A stretch of 64,000 nucleotides of DNA from an archaeon (GTDB lineage: Archaea > Asgardarchaeota > Thorarchaeia > Thorarchaeales > Thorarchaeaceae), in assembly GCA_024276825.1 (NCBI GenBank), contig JAJRWI010000033.1:32001-96000 (forward strand), read 5' to 3'. Within the stretch, counting starts at the first letter, position 1. Each line of letters begins with the position of its first letter. The notes below the pieces were generated by a model. It saw only the letters and a list, made by a program, of their open reading frames with translations, was not told the origin of the DNA and made no database searches. Positions 20,181 to 29,875 of this stretch are shown here, piece after piece. The position numbers were made by a program, and so were the translations under genes.

Positions 20181-20526
20181 GCCCTGGTGCAGGGAGTAGC
20201 CCCAATTTTGTTCGGTCATCCCCCGTCACCAGGAGATGACTTTACGACATCAGACTATGCCCCCTACCCTCCACCTCGGGCCGACACTTCATTGGTGGAT
20301 TCTTGGGGTTGCTACCCGGTGATGGACCGTTTCAACCCGGCCAGACCACTACTCAGCAGCTTGAGTGCTGCATCATCGCTTGGCATGATCTGGAGGTGTC
20401 GTTTCTGTTTCCAGAGCAAGGCTCTCACCTTCCTGCTCTCGCAGGACCGGCGTCGGCATGTAGTTGGGAGCTTCCTCAGCTCCAGTCGAGTGACCGGTAC
20501 CGTCAGTCGTGCTCCTGCTCCAGGGC
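20181..20526 (-). ncRNA. rnpB: RNase P RNA
   Basis: Minus strand: P1 GCCCTGGAGCAGG/CCTGCACCAGGGC, CR-I GAGGAAGCTCC, CR-II ACAGAAA, CR-III TGAAAC, CR-V AACAAAATTGGGGCTA. Confidence 0.92.
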
Positions 20527-20579
20527 CATTAAAGAGTAAGCAAGAACCATTAAGAACTTCTCGATGTGGCGTGGCAGAG

Positions 20580-21611
20580 TTATTTTTCCTTTTTCTTCCA
20601 CATCGGTGGATAACGCCCTCGTTCCATGAAGACTCGTTCTGTCTTTGCAATGATTCCACTAGATATCTTTGCAATACGTTCACTTGTTTCCAAGGCCTTA
20701 GCGACCGCTATGGCCTCACCCTTTAGTGTCTTTATCACGACCAAGTCGTTCTTCTTTATCCCACTGCTTAAACTCACAACGCCATTAGCAGCCAAGTCAG
20801 CACCATGGCATATCGCATCGACCGCACTGTCACGAACATTGAGTTCCGGCAGGTGTTGGAGGGCAAATTCGATGGGTAGGAGATACTTCCGGAGCTCGGA
20901 CTCATCACCATCTTCTTTCCAGAAGTGATAGGCATCCTTCAGATCATAGAGAGAACATAGATAGTTGTTATCCTCCTTGAAGGGACCAACTCTGGTCCTC
21001 CTGAGTTCCCTCATGTTACCCCCAACACCAACTGCCTCACCAACATCGAAGCAGAGTTTCCGGATGTATGTCCCTGCTTGGCACCCCACACGAAACAGAA
21101 CAAGACGACCCTTAATCTCGAGTATGTCAATGTAGTAGATGGTCCTGACCCTGAGAACTCGTTTCACTGAGGACCTCAATGGGGGTCGCTGGTATATCTT
21201 GCCCACAAACTCAAACATCACCTCTCTTATCGTGTCCTCATTGACCCGTTCATGCAGCTCGAGAACGCAGACATATTCTTTTCCTGCAGGGAGTAATGCC
21301 TGCATCACCTTTGTGGCATTCTCAATCCCCATGGGTAGTACTCCAGTGACCCCAGGATCTAGTGTGCCCCCATGCCCCACACGTTTTGTGCCAAGAATTC
21401 TCCTGACCCAGGTAGCTACCTCATGGCTTGTCGGACCAGCAGGCTTGTCAAGGCAGAGGACAGAGTTCTTCATCAGATATTCTATGGGAAGATTGCTCAA
21501 ATCGCTGAAGCCAAATTCGGGATTAGTAGTATCATGTGTTCTTATGATTAGTTCTCTGGGTCTGTCCGAGGGGAGAATGGAAGGCACTGTGATCCCCCAT
21601 CTGTGATTCAC
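20580..21611 (-). CDS. cbf5: H/ACA pseudouridine synthase Cbf5
   Basis: DKPAGPTSHEV, GHGGTLDP, QRPPLRSSVKR, PUA domain. Confidence 0.96.
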   Translation of the reverse strand: MNHRWGITVPSILPSDRPRELIIRTHDTTNPEFGFSDLSNLPIEYLMKNSVLCLDKPAGPTSHEVATWVRRILGTKRVGHGGTLDPGVTGVLPMGIENATKVMQALLPAGKEYVCVLELHERVNEDTIREVMFEFVGKIYQRPPLRSSVKRVLRVRTIYYIDILEIKGRLVLFRVGCQAGTYIRKLCFDVGEAVGVGGNMRELRRTRVGPFKEDNNYLCSLYDLKDAYHFWKEDGDESELRKYLLPIEFALQHLPELNVRDSAVDAICHGADLAANGVVSLSSGIKKNDLVVIKTLKGEAIAVAKALETSERIAKISSGIIAKTERVFMERGRYPPMWKKKEK

Positions 21612-21627
21612 AAGAGGAGACTGTTGC

Positions 21628-21909
21628 TCACTCGCTCAATCGAATCTTCGTCCTGAAGGTCTCTTCGAGGCCAGCCTCTTTGAGTGCCTTCTCCACAGAG
21701 TTGTCATCAGCGCCCTCTTTTATCGGGAGTGTTTTGTCAATGGGTTCAATATGACGAGTATTGACACGTCTTCGTCTGACACCACTGATATGCTTTGGGC
21801 CAGTGACGACAACGTACTTGCCATTCATCTTCTCTACAATAACACAGTAACTTCCAGCCTCTCGGCCCATGGTCTTAACACAGACTCTTCCAACTTCGAA
21901 TAATCTCAT
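21628..21909 (-). CDS. rpl14e: 50S ribosomal protein L14e
   Basis: EVGRVCVKTMGREAG, VRRRRVNTRHIEP. Confidence 0.95.
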   Translation of the reverse strand: MRLFEVGRVCVKTMGREAGSYCVIVEKMNGKYVVVTGPKHISGVRRRRVNTRHIEPIDKTLPIKEGADDNSVEKALKEAGLEETFRTKIRLSE

Positions 21910-22046
21910 ATTTTTACACCTCAACTCAACCGCAGTCAAACTGAACCAGCAAGTCACCTCAATGGCTCATCCTTTGGTAGTGAGAATGAGGTGTTCTCAG
22001 GCACTTTCAATATAGATATTCCGATTGGACGAGAACTCTGCAAGTA

Positions 22047-22607
22047 TTATGAGTCTGGCACCTTCTGCTCAAAGAATGTTTCAAGGGCAATGATCACAAT
22101 CCGCACTACACCCTCAAGGTCAAAAAGTTCTGTATTAATGATGAGGTCATAGATTGTCAGATCAGTGATGTCAATGTCATAAAACCGCTTGTATCGCTCG
22201 CGTTCACTTGCTTCACGCACAGTGGTTTCACGAAGAGCGTCTTCATATTGCACATCATCGCGACCTGCTATTCTCATTACCCGGACCTCCATCGGCGCGA
22301 CCAGCAGTATCTTAAAGTCAGCATGCTCTCCCGCCATCCATGCTGAGAGTTGCCCGTCAATTACAACATTGCCCTTGCTAGCTTCAGTCCTGAGTCGCTC
22401 ATCCAGTTCTCTGTCAATCTCATCATTCTCCTGTGCAATCTTACTGAACTCCTCAAGGCTGTATCCGCGTTCTCTAGCAATAGCCCTAAAAATCATCCCT
22501 GCAGAAACCCTTCTTAGACCAAAGTGCTGGGCAATCCTGTCAGCTACGGAACTCTTGCCTGTGCCATGTAGTCCGCTGATTGTGACTGTGCGTGGCATAA
22601 TATTCAC
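22047..22607 (-). CDS. cmk: Cytidylate kinase
   Basis: ISGLHGTGKS, SAGMIFR, YDLIINT; conserved gene order. Confidence 0.93.
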   Translation of the reverse strand: MNIMPRTVTISGLHGTGKSSVADRIAQHFGLRRVSAGMIFRAIARERGYSLEEFSKIAQENDEIDRELDERLRTEASKGNVVIDGQLSAWMAGEHADFKILLVAPMEVRVMRIAGRDDVQYEDALRETTVREASERERYKRFYDIDITDLTIYDLIINTELFDLEGVVRIVIIALETFFEQKVPDS

Positions 22608-22691
22608 TCGTCAATAATTCCAACTTAAGAATTTAGTCATCAACCAATACTACTCAATCTACAGGTGAGCTGGGAAATGGCAGACTACAGT

Positions 22692-22961
22692 TTACAGTGC
22701 TCGGACCTTTCTGATGATACCACGCCTAACTGCTCTGGGACTAAGTTTTCCGCCATAGGGGCGATTAGGTCTCTTTGACGAACGGCTTGCCTTTCGATTC
22801 AGGCCATGCTTTGCCCTCTTGGGCAGGGATATCCTCGAGCCGGTTTCTGGACAGACACCTTCGGCCCGGTAATACTTCTGACGGTGCATAACAAGGCGTC
22901 CACCTGGGGTCTTCACTAGTCTGTTTGCTCTTCCTCTTGTCAGTTGTCCCGGTCGAGGCAT
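22692..22961 (-). CDS. rpl34e: 50S ribosomal protein L34e
   Basis: VKTPGG, KRPNRPYGG. Confidence 0.93.
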   Translation of the reverse strand: MPRPGQLTRGRANRLVKTPGGRLVMHRQKYYRAEGVCPETGSRISLPKRAKHGLNRKASRSSKRPNRPYGGKLSPRAVRRGIIRKVRAL

Positions 22962-23030
22962 TTACATCAACTCATCTCTATTGTTCTTACTGGACTCGGA
23001 ATGATTCTCTTTTAAGGAAAGCGGTAAGTG

Positions 23031-23603
23031 TCATGTCATTATCTGGACACCTTGTATCCTCTGAAGTATCTGACCAAGGCCAAGACCTACCAGAAAATAG
23101 AATGGCCAGAACCAGAGACCAAACCCACCAGACACAGGTACTCCTATGAAGCCCTCAAGGAAGGGGAGCAATTTGTGCACATTGAATGGGATTATGGCAA
23201 CAATAGTATCGCTGAGTCCCGTTGGAGACGATGGATTGACATATGTATAGAAGGTCCGCAACCATGAGAACACCAGCACAAATGGTATGAAGAAGAACAT
23301 CATTGGCTTGCAACGAGCGGTGAGCATCTCTCGCTGAATACGATCAATGTAGGGCTTTCGTCTCTTAACCTTTCTGAGGAGTTTCTCATTGCCTGTTTCG
23401 TTTGCCTTTTTCTGTAGTGCCTGAAACTGCTTGATTTCAACCTGATAACGGCGTAGTCTTCGTATGTCCGAGAATCGCTTCATAGCAAGATTGCTGATGC
23501 TAGATATCGTCAACGACACCAATACGACAAATACTGTTGCGCCAGGAGGCTGCTTGATTGCATCCATCAACCAGATAAAGAACAGTGTGACGATATCCTG
23601 CAT
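23031..23603 (-). CDS. DUF106 / EMC3-TMCO1 (Oxa1 superfamily) membrane insertase
   Basis: TM, coiled coil, KPM motif, further TMs; conserved position between adk and L34e. Confidence 0.85.
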   Translation of the reverse strand: MQDIVTLFFIWLMDAIKQPPGATVFVVLVSLTISSISNLAMKRFSDIRRLRRYQVEIKQFQALQKKANETGNEKLLRKVKRRKPYIDRIQREMLTARCKPMMFFFIPFVLVFSWLRTFYTYVNPSSPTGLSDTIVAIIPFNVHKLLPFLEGFIGVPVSGGFGLWFWPFYFLVGLGLGQILQRIQGVQIMT

Positions 23604-23609
23604 GTTTTT

Positions 23610-24215
23610 TCACTCCATGATTGATTCAGCAAGTTGTGCTGCTGCCTCTTCTACTTTGCCCTCCCTGTTTAATATCCTTCGGACAGTGGCTCCTGTGAGG
23701 GTGCCAGCCGCAGCCGCAGCGGCCCGACACATCTCCTGATGAATTCTAATCTCGTCAGTCATTTGTTCGTCTCGTGCGCGGGTTTCATCGGATGCTCTTC
23801 TGCTCGCAATGTTCTCGGGATTTGCCTCAACAAGTATGATTGTCTTTGGCTGAATTGCCTTTACAACCCATTCAGGAAGACCTATCAGATAACCATTCTT
23901 TGTGAGGATGAGTGTATGAGTGTCAACAATTACACGAGTGCTCTTGCTCTTCTCAGCAATTGATTCTCCAGCAATCCTCTGGATCTCCCTCTGCTGTGCA
24001 GTAGGCATCTTTCGCATCTCATCACGGTCCTTCACAAGACCTCTTTTTGATGCCACCTCAAACATCTCGGTACCAAAGTTTAGGACCAGCACATCCTCGC
24101 CATGCCTCTCCTTGACTATCTCAACGGCGGTGTTGATCACAGTGGTCTTTCCAACTCCAGGGATTCCTGTGACAATGACTACATTTCTTGGCTCACTCAT
24201 TATGCCTGTCTCCAT
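23610..24215 (-). CDS. adkA: Archaeal adenylate kinase
   Basis: TGIPGVGKTT, NFG, RDEMRK, VDTH, GLP. Confidence 0.95.
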   Translation of the reverse strand: METGIMSEPRNVVIVTGIPGVGKTTVINTAVEIVKERHGEDVLVLNFGTEMFEVASKRGLVKDRDEMRKMPTAQQREIQRIAGESIAEKSKSTRVIVDTHTLILTKNGYLIGLPEWVVKAIQPKTIILVEANPENIASRRASDETRARDEQMTDEIRIHQEMCRAAAAAAGTLTGATVRRILNREGKVEEAAAQLAESIME

Positions 24216-24431
24216 GAAACTAACGAGATTTGTTCAATTCCATCCTGAGCGCTTTATATGTCATTCTGTTGAACCGACTTGCCATTGTGTGTAATCGTTC
24301 TCTCCAAATAGTGCCCCTGCATCGCTTTCTGTAAGATTGGCCAATAAACTCCTTCTGAATTACCTGGTCTAAACTCTAGACTAATGTAAAAATGTGGGAT
24401 ATGTTATTTTGATTGAGATGACCAAATACTA

Positions 24432-26245
24432 ATGACCCAGAAGACCAATCCCTCTGGCATGTCATATATAGGCAGATCGTGGTTGGAGTGCTCATCGCAT
24501 TGTTCATCGGATCTGCAATTATTCTTATCACTCCACAGAACTTCGTGTTTGGCTCCGTTTCAGAGGGTGACGAGGTATCGAGAACAACTGGCCATTCTCT
24601 CCATGACCTTGGACTTGCAGGAGATGATATTTTCACGCTCCTCGATACCTCGAACCTCACCTCCAGAGCTGGCTGGCTAACAAAAGTCACACTGGACAAT
24701 GATTATGGAGTAAATGCCATGCAAGAGATCAATGGGCTGAACATAGACGGTGCTGGAGCATGGATTAATCTCTATTATTACTTAAACATCAATGTTGAAG
24801 ACTATGACACACTCAACTTCACTCTGTCAGTAGAGTCTGTTCAGGACGAGTTCATTCTTGAAATGAACGCCTACTTTAGACTATTATGGTTGGGCTCCTT
24901 AAAGGCGGAGAACAGGACGAATATTGAACATGCTGGCCAACAAACACTCACCTTGAATGTATCTATGGACTGGCTTCGAAACAGCACCAGTAGTTGGATT
25001 ACTCAAGTGCGTTTTGAGATCTGGCTTCATCTAGAAACCTATTCTTCTCCGGTCATAAGACATGCTACTGCAACTGCATCATCTTCAAGACTCCTTTTCC
25101 CCCTCCTGATCGACTTTCAAGACCTCTCTGAGAACAGCATCTACGACCAACCCGAAACACGCTATCTCATAAGGGATCCCCTCATCAACATCACTAGTAT
25201 CTCTGGCAATGAAACAGGACTTCTCATACAGTGGACTAATAATGAACTGATATTCCTGCCTTCTGGAAACTATTCAATCAGCTATGGCTGGCTCAAGTTG
25301 CACATTTACAACTCCAAGACTCATATGAACTATACACATGTCGACTCTTTCGCATTGACTCTGGATGCAGCTGGGAGATTTATGGAAATACGCCCTCCAA
25401 TAACACGAATTGACCTCGATATCAATGAGGGCATTCTGTTCAGCATTTTCTTCGAAGATCCCTATTCTTCATCAATTGATTTCATCTATTACATCAACAA
25501 CTATGTGGCACATTCTAAATCAGCGTTCTATATCCCTGACATGTATGCCACAATACGGGTTGAGATCACACTCAAAATACCTCAATATCCCTCTCTCGCA
25601 AGGACTATTGATATTGATGAGTCCCATGACTTGATACTTCATTCTCGATTCCCTTATCACCCTGTCCTTGATCTTTTAGTTTCATTCCATGTGAGTCTTC
25701 GAAAGGCAATGAAACCATTCGCTCCAACAGGTTGGACTTGCAGAGAACGCCTTCTGCCAACATTATTGATGTTCATAAGCTACATACTTCCCTGGGCAGC
25801 CTCTGAACAGGTGGTTTCCAGCAACATTGGTGTGATCAATTTCTCGAGAATCTACTTCCTTCCCGCTGGTATTGAGATTCTGAAAAACGAACAAGGATCC
25901 GCTATTGCTTCTATTCTAGGTATCAGCAATCCATAGTCAGACTCGCCTCTCAACATCTGGGACATGTTCGGTCTGATTTCCGTTGTGGCAATGCTTTTTT
26001 GAATACCTATACTGATAATGCTTGTCAACCTGCTTAACGGCTCGTCAATTGACTCTGGACTGACAACGCTTCTCTCATTTGGAACTCCTGGAACAGCTGC
26101 TATTCTGACTGCAGTTTCCTTTGCAAGTTTCATTGTTCTCTATGGTGTGATACCTACAATCCTCTCATTTGCCATTGTCATCTGGAGGTCCTTGGCCCAG
26201 ACAAAGAAATTGAAGACTCTCCACAAGAAACTGAGCCGCAACTGA
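24432..26245 (+). pseudogene. Disrupted gene for a membrane-anchored extracellular protein
   Basis: Probable frameshift between ATG 24432 and the 24479 frame; in-frame TAG 25934-25936 and TGA 26000-26002 interrupt a hydrophobic C-terminus that continues in frame to 26245. Confidence 0.6.
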
Positions 26246-26282
26246 GGTGCAATCATTTATGTCATTACACGCTATCAAGTAG

Positions 26283-26894
26283 TTGATGATGATGAACAAG
26301 ATTGACTTCAAGAAAACCCTCAAGGAACTCTATCTGCCTCCAAGGAGGCCCGTGCTCGTGGATGTTCCCGAGATGCAGTTCCTCATGATCGACGGTGCAG
26401 GACCGCCCGAGAATGAAGAGTACCAGTCCGCCATTCAGATTCTCTATGGGGTCTCATTTCCTATGAAGTTCAAGCTCAAAAAAGCTGGTGTTGTGGACTA
26501 TACGGTCCCCCCTCTTGAAGGCCTTTGGTGGGTTGAGGCCTCTGACACCTTTGACATCTCTCAGCGTGATGATTGGCGATGGACTGCAATGATAATGCAG
26601 CCAGAACAGGTCACACAAGACCTCGTCATTGAAACAATCGAGGAGGTCGAAGAGAAAAAGGGAATTGAGATTCAAAACCGCCTGCGACTGGAAACATTTC
26701 ATGAGGGGCGCTCAGCACAGATCATGCACATTGGCCCTTACAGTGCTGAAGGACCGACTATCCAGAAACTCCACGACTTCATTGAGGCTGAAGGTCTCTC
26801 ACCTAGGGGAAAACATCATGAGATATACCTCAGTGATCCTCGCCGTGCCGCTCCTGATAGACTTAAGACTGTGATTAGACAGCCAGTTTCATAG
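26283..26894 (+). CDS. GyrI-like small-molecule-binding domain protein (likely start ATG 26292)
   Basis: KIDFKK..LY, PLEGLWW, HIGPY..E, HHEIYLSDPRR, KTVIRQP. Confidence 0.9.
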   Translation: MMMMNKIDFKKTLKELYLPPRRPVLVDVPEMQFLMIDGAGPPENEEYQSAIQILYGVSFPMKFKLKKAGVVDYTVPPLEGLWWVEASDTFDISQRDDWRWTAMIMQPEQVTQDLVIETIEEVEEKKGIEIQNRLRLETFHEGRSAQIMHIGPYSAEGPTIQKLHDFIEAEGLSPRGKHHEIYLSDPRRAAPDRLKTVIRQPVS

Positions 26895-26939
26895 TTGGAT
26901 AGCAATCAAAAGAACATCTAATGATATACAGTAAAATTG

Positions 26940-26954
26940 AGGGGGGGTTAAATA
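26940..26954 (+). promoter_or_regulatory. Putative BRE/TATA promoter for the stand-alone RNA
   Basis: Purine run followed by TTAAATA (26948-26954), with no + strand gene downstream. Confidence 0.5.
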
Positions 26955-26955
26955 G

Positions 26956-27309
26956 TCTCATCAGAGATCAAAGTCTGAAATGTGCCCAGTGCCATTCCTG
27001 GGTGGACGGGACTGAGATGTCCAAGAATGTCCAATTTACAATGAACGGCACAGACAATATGAAACCACCCTGTGTGAGCACGACGACCCCGCCGTGGTAG
27101 GAAATGCAGAAACCCCCATTGTGTCTGAATATAATGCGACCGGGACAACATAGGGAGAAGGAGGCCAGGTCCCTGTTCATGAGTACAAAGCCCCTGCGAA
27201 CACCGATGTTTCGGTGGGTGGTGACATCTGCAGGGGAAGGGCTGAACGCATGAGTCCTGTTCAGACGAGTTCATCAAGTGACAAGTCTGAACAAGATTAG
27301 GTTGTCGGA
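26956..27309 (+). ncRNA. Stand-alone homologue of the tnpB 3' (omega-like) RNA
   Basis: Blocks GACCCCGCCGTGG (27085), AGAAGGAGGCCAGGTC (27156), ACAAAGCCCCTGC (27185), GTGGTGACA (27218), GAGTTCA (27267), TGACAAGTC (27279) and GTCGGA are collinear with 14841-15096. Confidence 0.75.
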
Positions 27310-27320
27310 AAAATAAGAAT

Positions 27321-27346
27321 GAAGGAAGGCTCACAGCCTTTCCTTC
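27321..27346. terminator. Hairpin between the convergent ncRNA and actin
   Basis: GAAGGAAGGCT-CAC-AGCCTTTCCTTC, with T-rich sequence downstream on both strands. Confidence 0.55.
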
Positions 27347-27359
27347 TTGTTCTACTAGA

Positions 27360-28499
27360 CTAGATACACCTGTGTATGACTTCAGGGCCCGCTTCCTCGA
27401 ACTCCTTGCGAGTCACCCACATCTTCTGGAATGTCTTAAGTGACGCGATGATGGAGCCGCCAATCCAGACGCTGTACTGGCGTTCTGGTGGAGCGATGAT
27501 GCGGACCTCGATGTTTTCGGGTACGAGTTCGGTGATCTCCTTGTGGAGTCTCTCCTTGAGGCCTGGGAACATAGTGGAGCCTCCTGAGAGGACGATGTTT
27601 GCGTAGAGATCACGTCGCAGGTCGACATCACAGTCCTTGATTGCCTGAACGATGTGTTCGTCGAGTGGGACGGTGTCGAGTCCAATGGCACTGGGGTTGA
27701 AGAACAATTCAGGTGCCTGGAACCTCTCTGCGCCTACAGTGATGACCTCACCATCGGGCATCATATAGGGTCTGTCGACGCCTGCCTTGTCAGCGACGGT
27801 CTGCTCTCTCTCGGGGTCAAGAGCCACGTAGCAGAGTTTCTCCTTGATGTCTCTGACGATCTCTTTCTCAGCACCGCTGACGAAGCTCTTACCTCTCTGA
27901 CGCAGGAGTCTTCGGAGGTACTCGGTAATATCGCGTCCTGCGAGATCGATTCTCTTGATAGCGTGGGAGATAGCGAACCCCTCATAGATGGGTACGATGT
28001 GAGTAACACCATCACCAGAGTCAATGACCAGGCCAGTGGTTCTTCCTGACGCATATAGCGACATGACTGCCTGGGTAGCAACATACACTGCAGGCACATT
28101 GAACTGATCAAACATCACAGAGGCCATACGTTCTCTATTTTCTCTTGGGTTGTACGGTGCCTCAGTCAATAGGACTGGGTTCTCGCTGGGGTCAACCTTG
28201 AGGTCGTTATAAAAAGTGTAAGACCAAATCTTCTCAATTGCGTCCCAGTCGTCAATCTTTCCATGTGTGATTGGATAGACGAGCTTCAAAACACCTCTGA
28301 GATTGATGGCCTCCTCACCGATATAGTAATCACGTGTGTAGTGATCAACATCAGTCATAATGCTCTCATAACGTGGATAACCAATCAGTGTGGGCCATAC
28401 GGACCGGGGCTGGTCTTCACCTGCATAGCCATTTTTGCTAAGCCCTGTACCATTGTCAATGACTACAGGCTTCGCAGCTAGAAATTCATCTTCAGCCAT
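27360..28499 (-). CDS. Actin (Lokiactin-type)
   Basis: [64 protein letters not shown]. Confidence 0.97.
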   Translation of the reverse strand: MAEDEFLAAKPVVIDNGTGLSKNGYAGEDQPRSVWPTLIGYPRYESIMTDVDHYTRDYYIGEEAINLRGVLKLVYPITHGKIDDWDAIEKIWSYTFYNDLKVDPSENPVLLTEAPYNPRENRERMASVMFDQFNVPAVYVATQAVMSLYASGRTTGLVIDSGDGVTHIVPIYEGFAISHAIKRIDLAGRDITEYLRRLLRQRGKSFVSGAEKEIVRDIKEKLCYVALDPEREQTVADKAGVDRPYMMPDGEVITVGAERFQAPELFFNPSAIGLDTVPLDEHIVQAIKDCDVDLRRDLYANIVLSGGSTMFPGLKERLHKEITELVPENIEVRIIAPPERQYSVWIGGSIIASLKTFQKMWVTRKEFEEAGPEVIHRCI

Positions 28500-29077
28500 T
28501 TTTATCAGTCTCCTGTTGTTTATGGGAAAGTATTATGGAGTCCTTGTGCTAATACATTCTTACATATCGTATTTAAGCATTGTCTGTTTTTCTCGATTAT
28601 TTAAACGCATATAATATAAATATTTTAATTTAAAGTCATGACTATTCACACGTGCCAAAAACAGCGTCAATTTGTCATTTCTCGCATGAATTTTGATAGC
28701 TAATACGGTGATACATTCTAGATATTACATCGCAATCATTCATAGATTATTATTGTATATGTCTAATTTATTTTGTTTTTCTGGGTCCACCAAAAACTGC
28801 CGAATTTATGCGTATTTCGGCGATTTACGTGGGTCTTAATCCATAATCATAATTAGTCATAATCGTATTGGCCCAGAGCGGAGAGTTTTGGATCAATATC
28901 ACAGTATATCCGTTCACGCAATCTATTCATAATGTTCCAAAGTGATATACCTCCGAATCTTCAAAATTCGTGGGCTAGACACGAAATCTGCAGAATGCTT
29001 GAAACAAGAATTATTAAAAAGAGAAGAGTTAGAATCCTATTAATAAATATAATTCAAGTATATTTTGCATCAAATAA

Positions 29078-29875
29078 GTGAGGACAATGTTCTGGCAGAC
29101 CCCTGATGAGATAATACGACAAGAGGTTGAGAGTGTTCCTGTCCGAAAGATAATACTTGACCAGCTGGAGGGCGGACCCAAAACGGGCAGTGAACTGCGA
29201 GAGAGTATCAGAAAGGACCTTGCAGCCCGGTCTGTTAGAGATGCGAGAGGCCGGGTGCGTGCTGACATGATCCGTGTGACGGACCCTAAACTGTATTTCA
29301 ACACGAAGCATCTTGAAAGCATCGGAATAATAGCAAGCAAGAAGGTATCACAGCAAAGGATTTACAGGCTCAAACCAAAAGCGATACATCCAGTAAGAAG
29401 GGTGATTGGTGCCACGAGACCGAAGATACTGCTGACATCAATTGAGAAACCTGAGGAACAGCGTCAGTTTGCGAACTGGTTGAACAGAGAACGAGTTCTC
29501 AGACCAAAGTTTGTTCGAGTGTTTGTTGAGGAGCATTTCAGTCGCGGTTCAAGACGTCTTGAAACTTTCATGGCTCTCGAGCCCAGAAGGCGTTGGGAGA
29601 TGACCTGGCATGACCTGCCATTAGAAGTGGCAGGCGACAGTGAGGGAAATGTCCGTGGCGATCTGAAGGCCACATATGAAGAGATTGAGAAGGTGATTCT
29701 AGACGACATCGACGAGTTCGACCTGATTGTCGACCTCTCACGAGGACCACCTCTGATTCTTCTAGCATTGACTCTATTAGCATATGAATACTCGCTGGCA
29801 GCAATTCATGCGAGGAAATATGAGGGTGAAGACACTGAGGTCATCCACATCTTTCCTTGGGAGCGATGGCAATGA
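29078..29875 (+). CDS. wHTH plus CARF-like domain protein
   Basis: N-terminal ArsR-like wHTH; C-terminal Rossmann-like region with IVDLSRGP followed by a hydrophobic helix. Confidence 0.6.
   Translation: MRTMFWQTPDEIIRQEVESVPVRKIILDQLEGGPKTGSELRESIRKDLAARSVRDARGRVRADMIRVTDPKLYFNTKHLESIGIIASKKVSQQRIYRLKPKAIHPVRRVIGATRPKILLTSIEKPEEQRQFANWLNRERVLRPKFVRVFVEEHFSRGSRRLETFMALEPRRRWEMTWHDLPLEVAGDSEGNVRGDLKATYEEIEKVILDDIDEFDLIVDLSRGPPLILLALTLLAYEYSLAAIHARKYEGEDTEVIHIFPWERWQ

Noticed and set aside
20187-20726. ORFs overlapping 20181-20526
   Set aside because: Explained by the GC-rich RNase P RNA and the cbf5 3' end.
25934-26002. Pyrrolysine/selenocysteine readthrough
   Set aside because: Two different stops plus a likely frameshift, Trp-compatible contexts and no catalytic Cys-type motif favour decay.
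26948-27334. ORFs of 128 and 70 aa on the minus strand; also considered SRP RNA or a group I/II intron
   Set aside because: The ORFs have no recognisable motifs and lie antisense to the conserved RNA blocks. No SRP helix-8 or intron core motifs were recognised.
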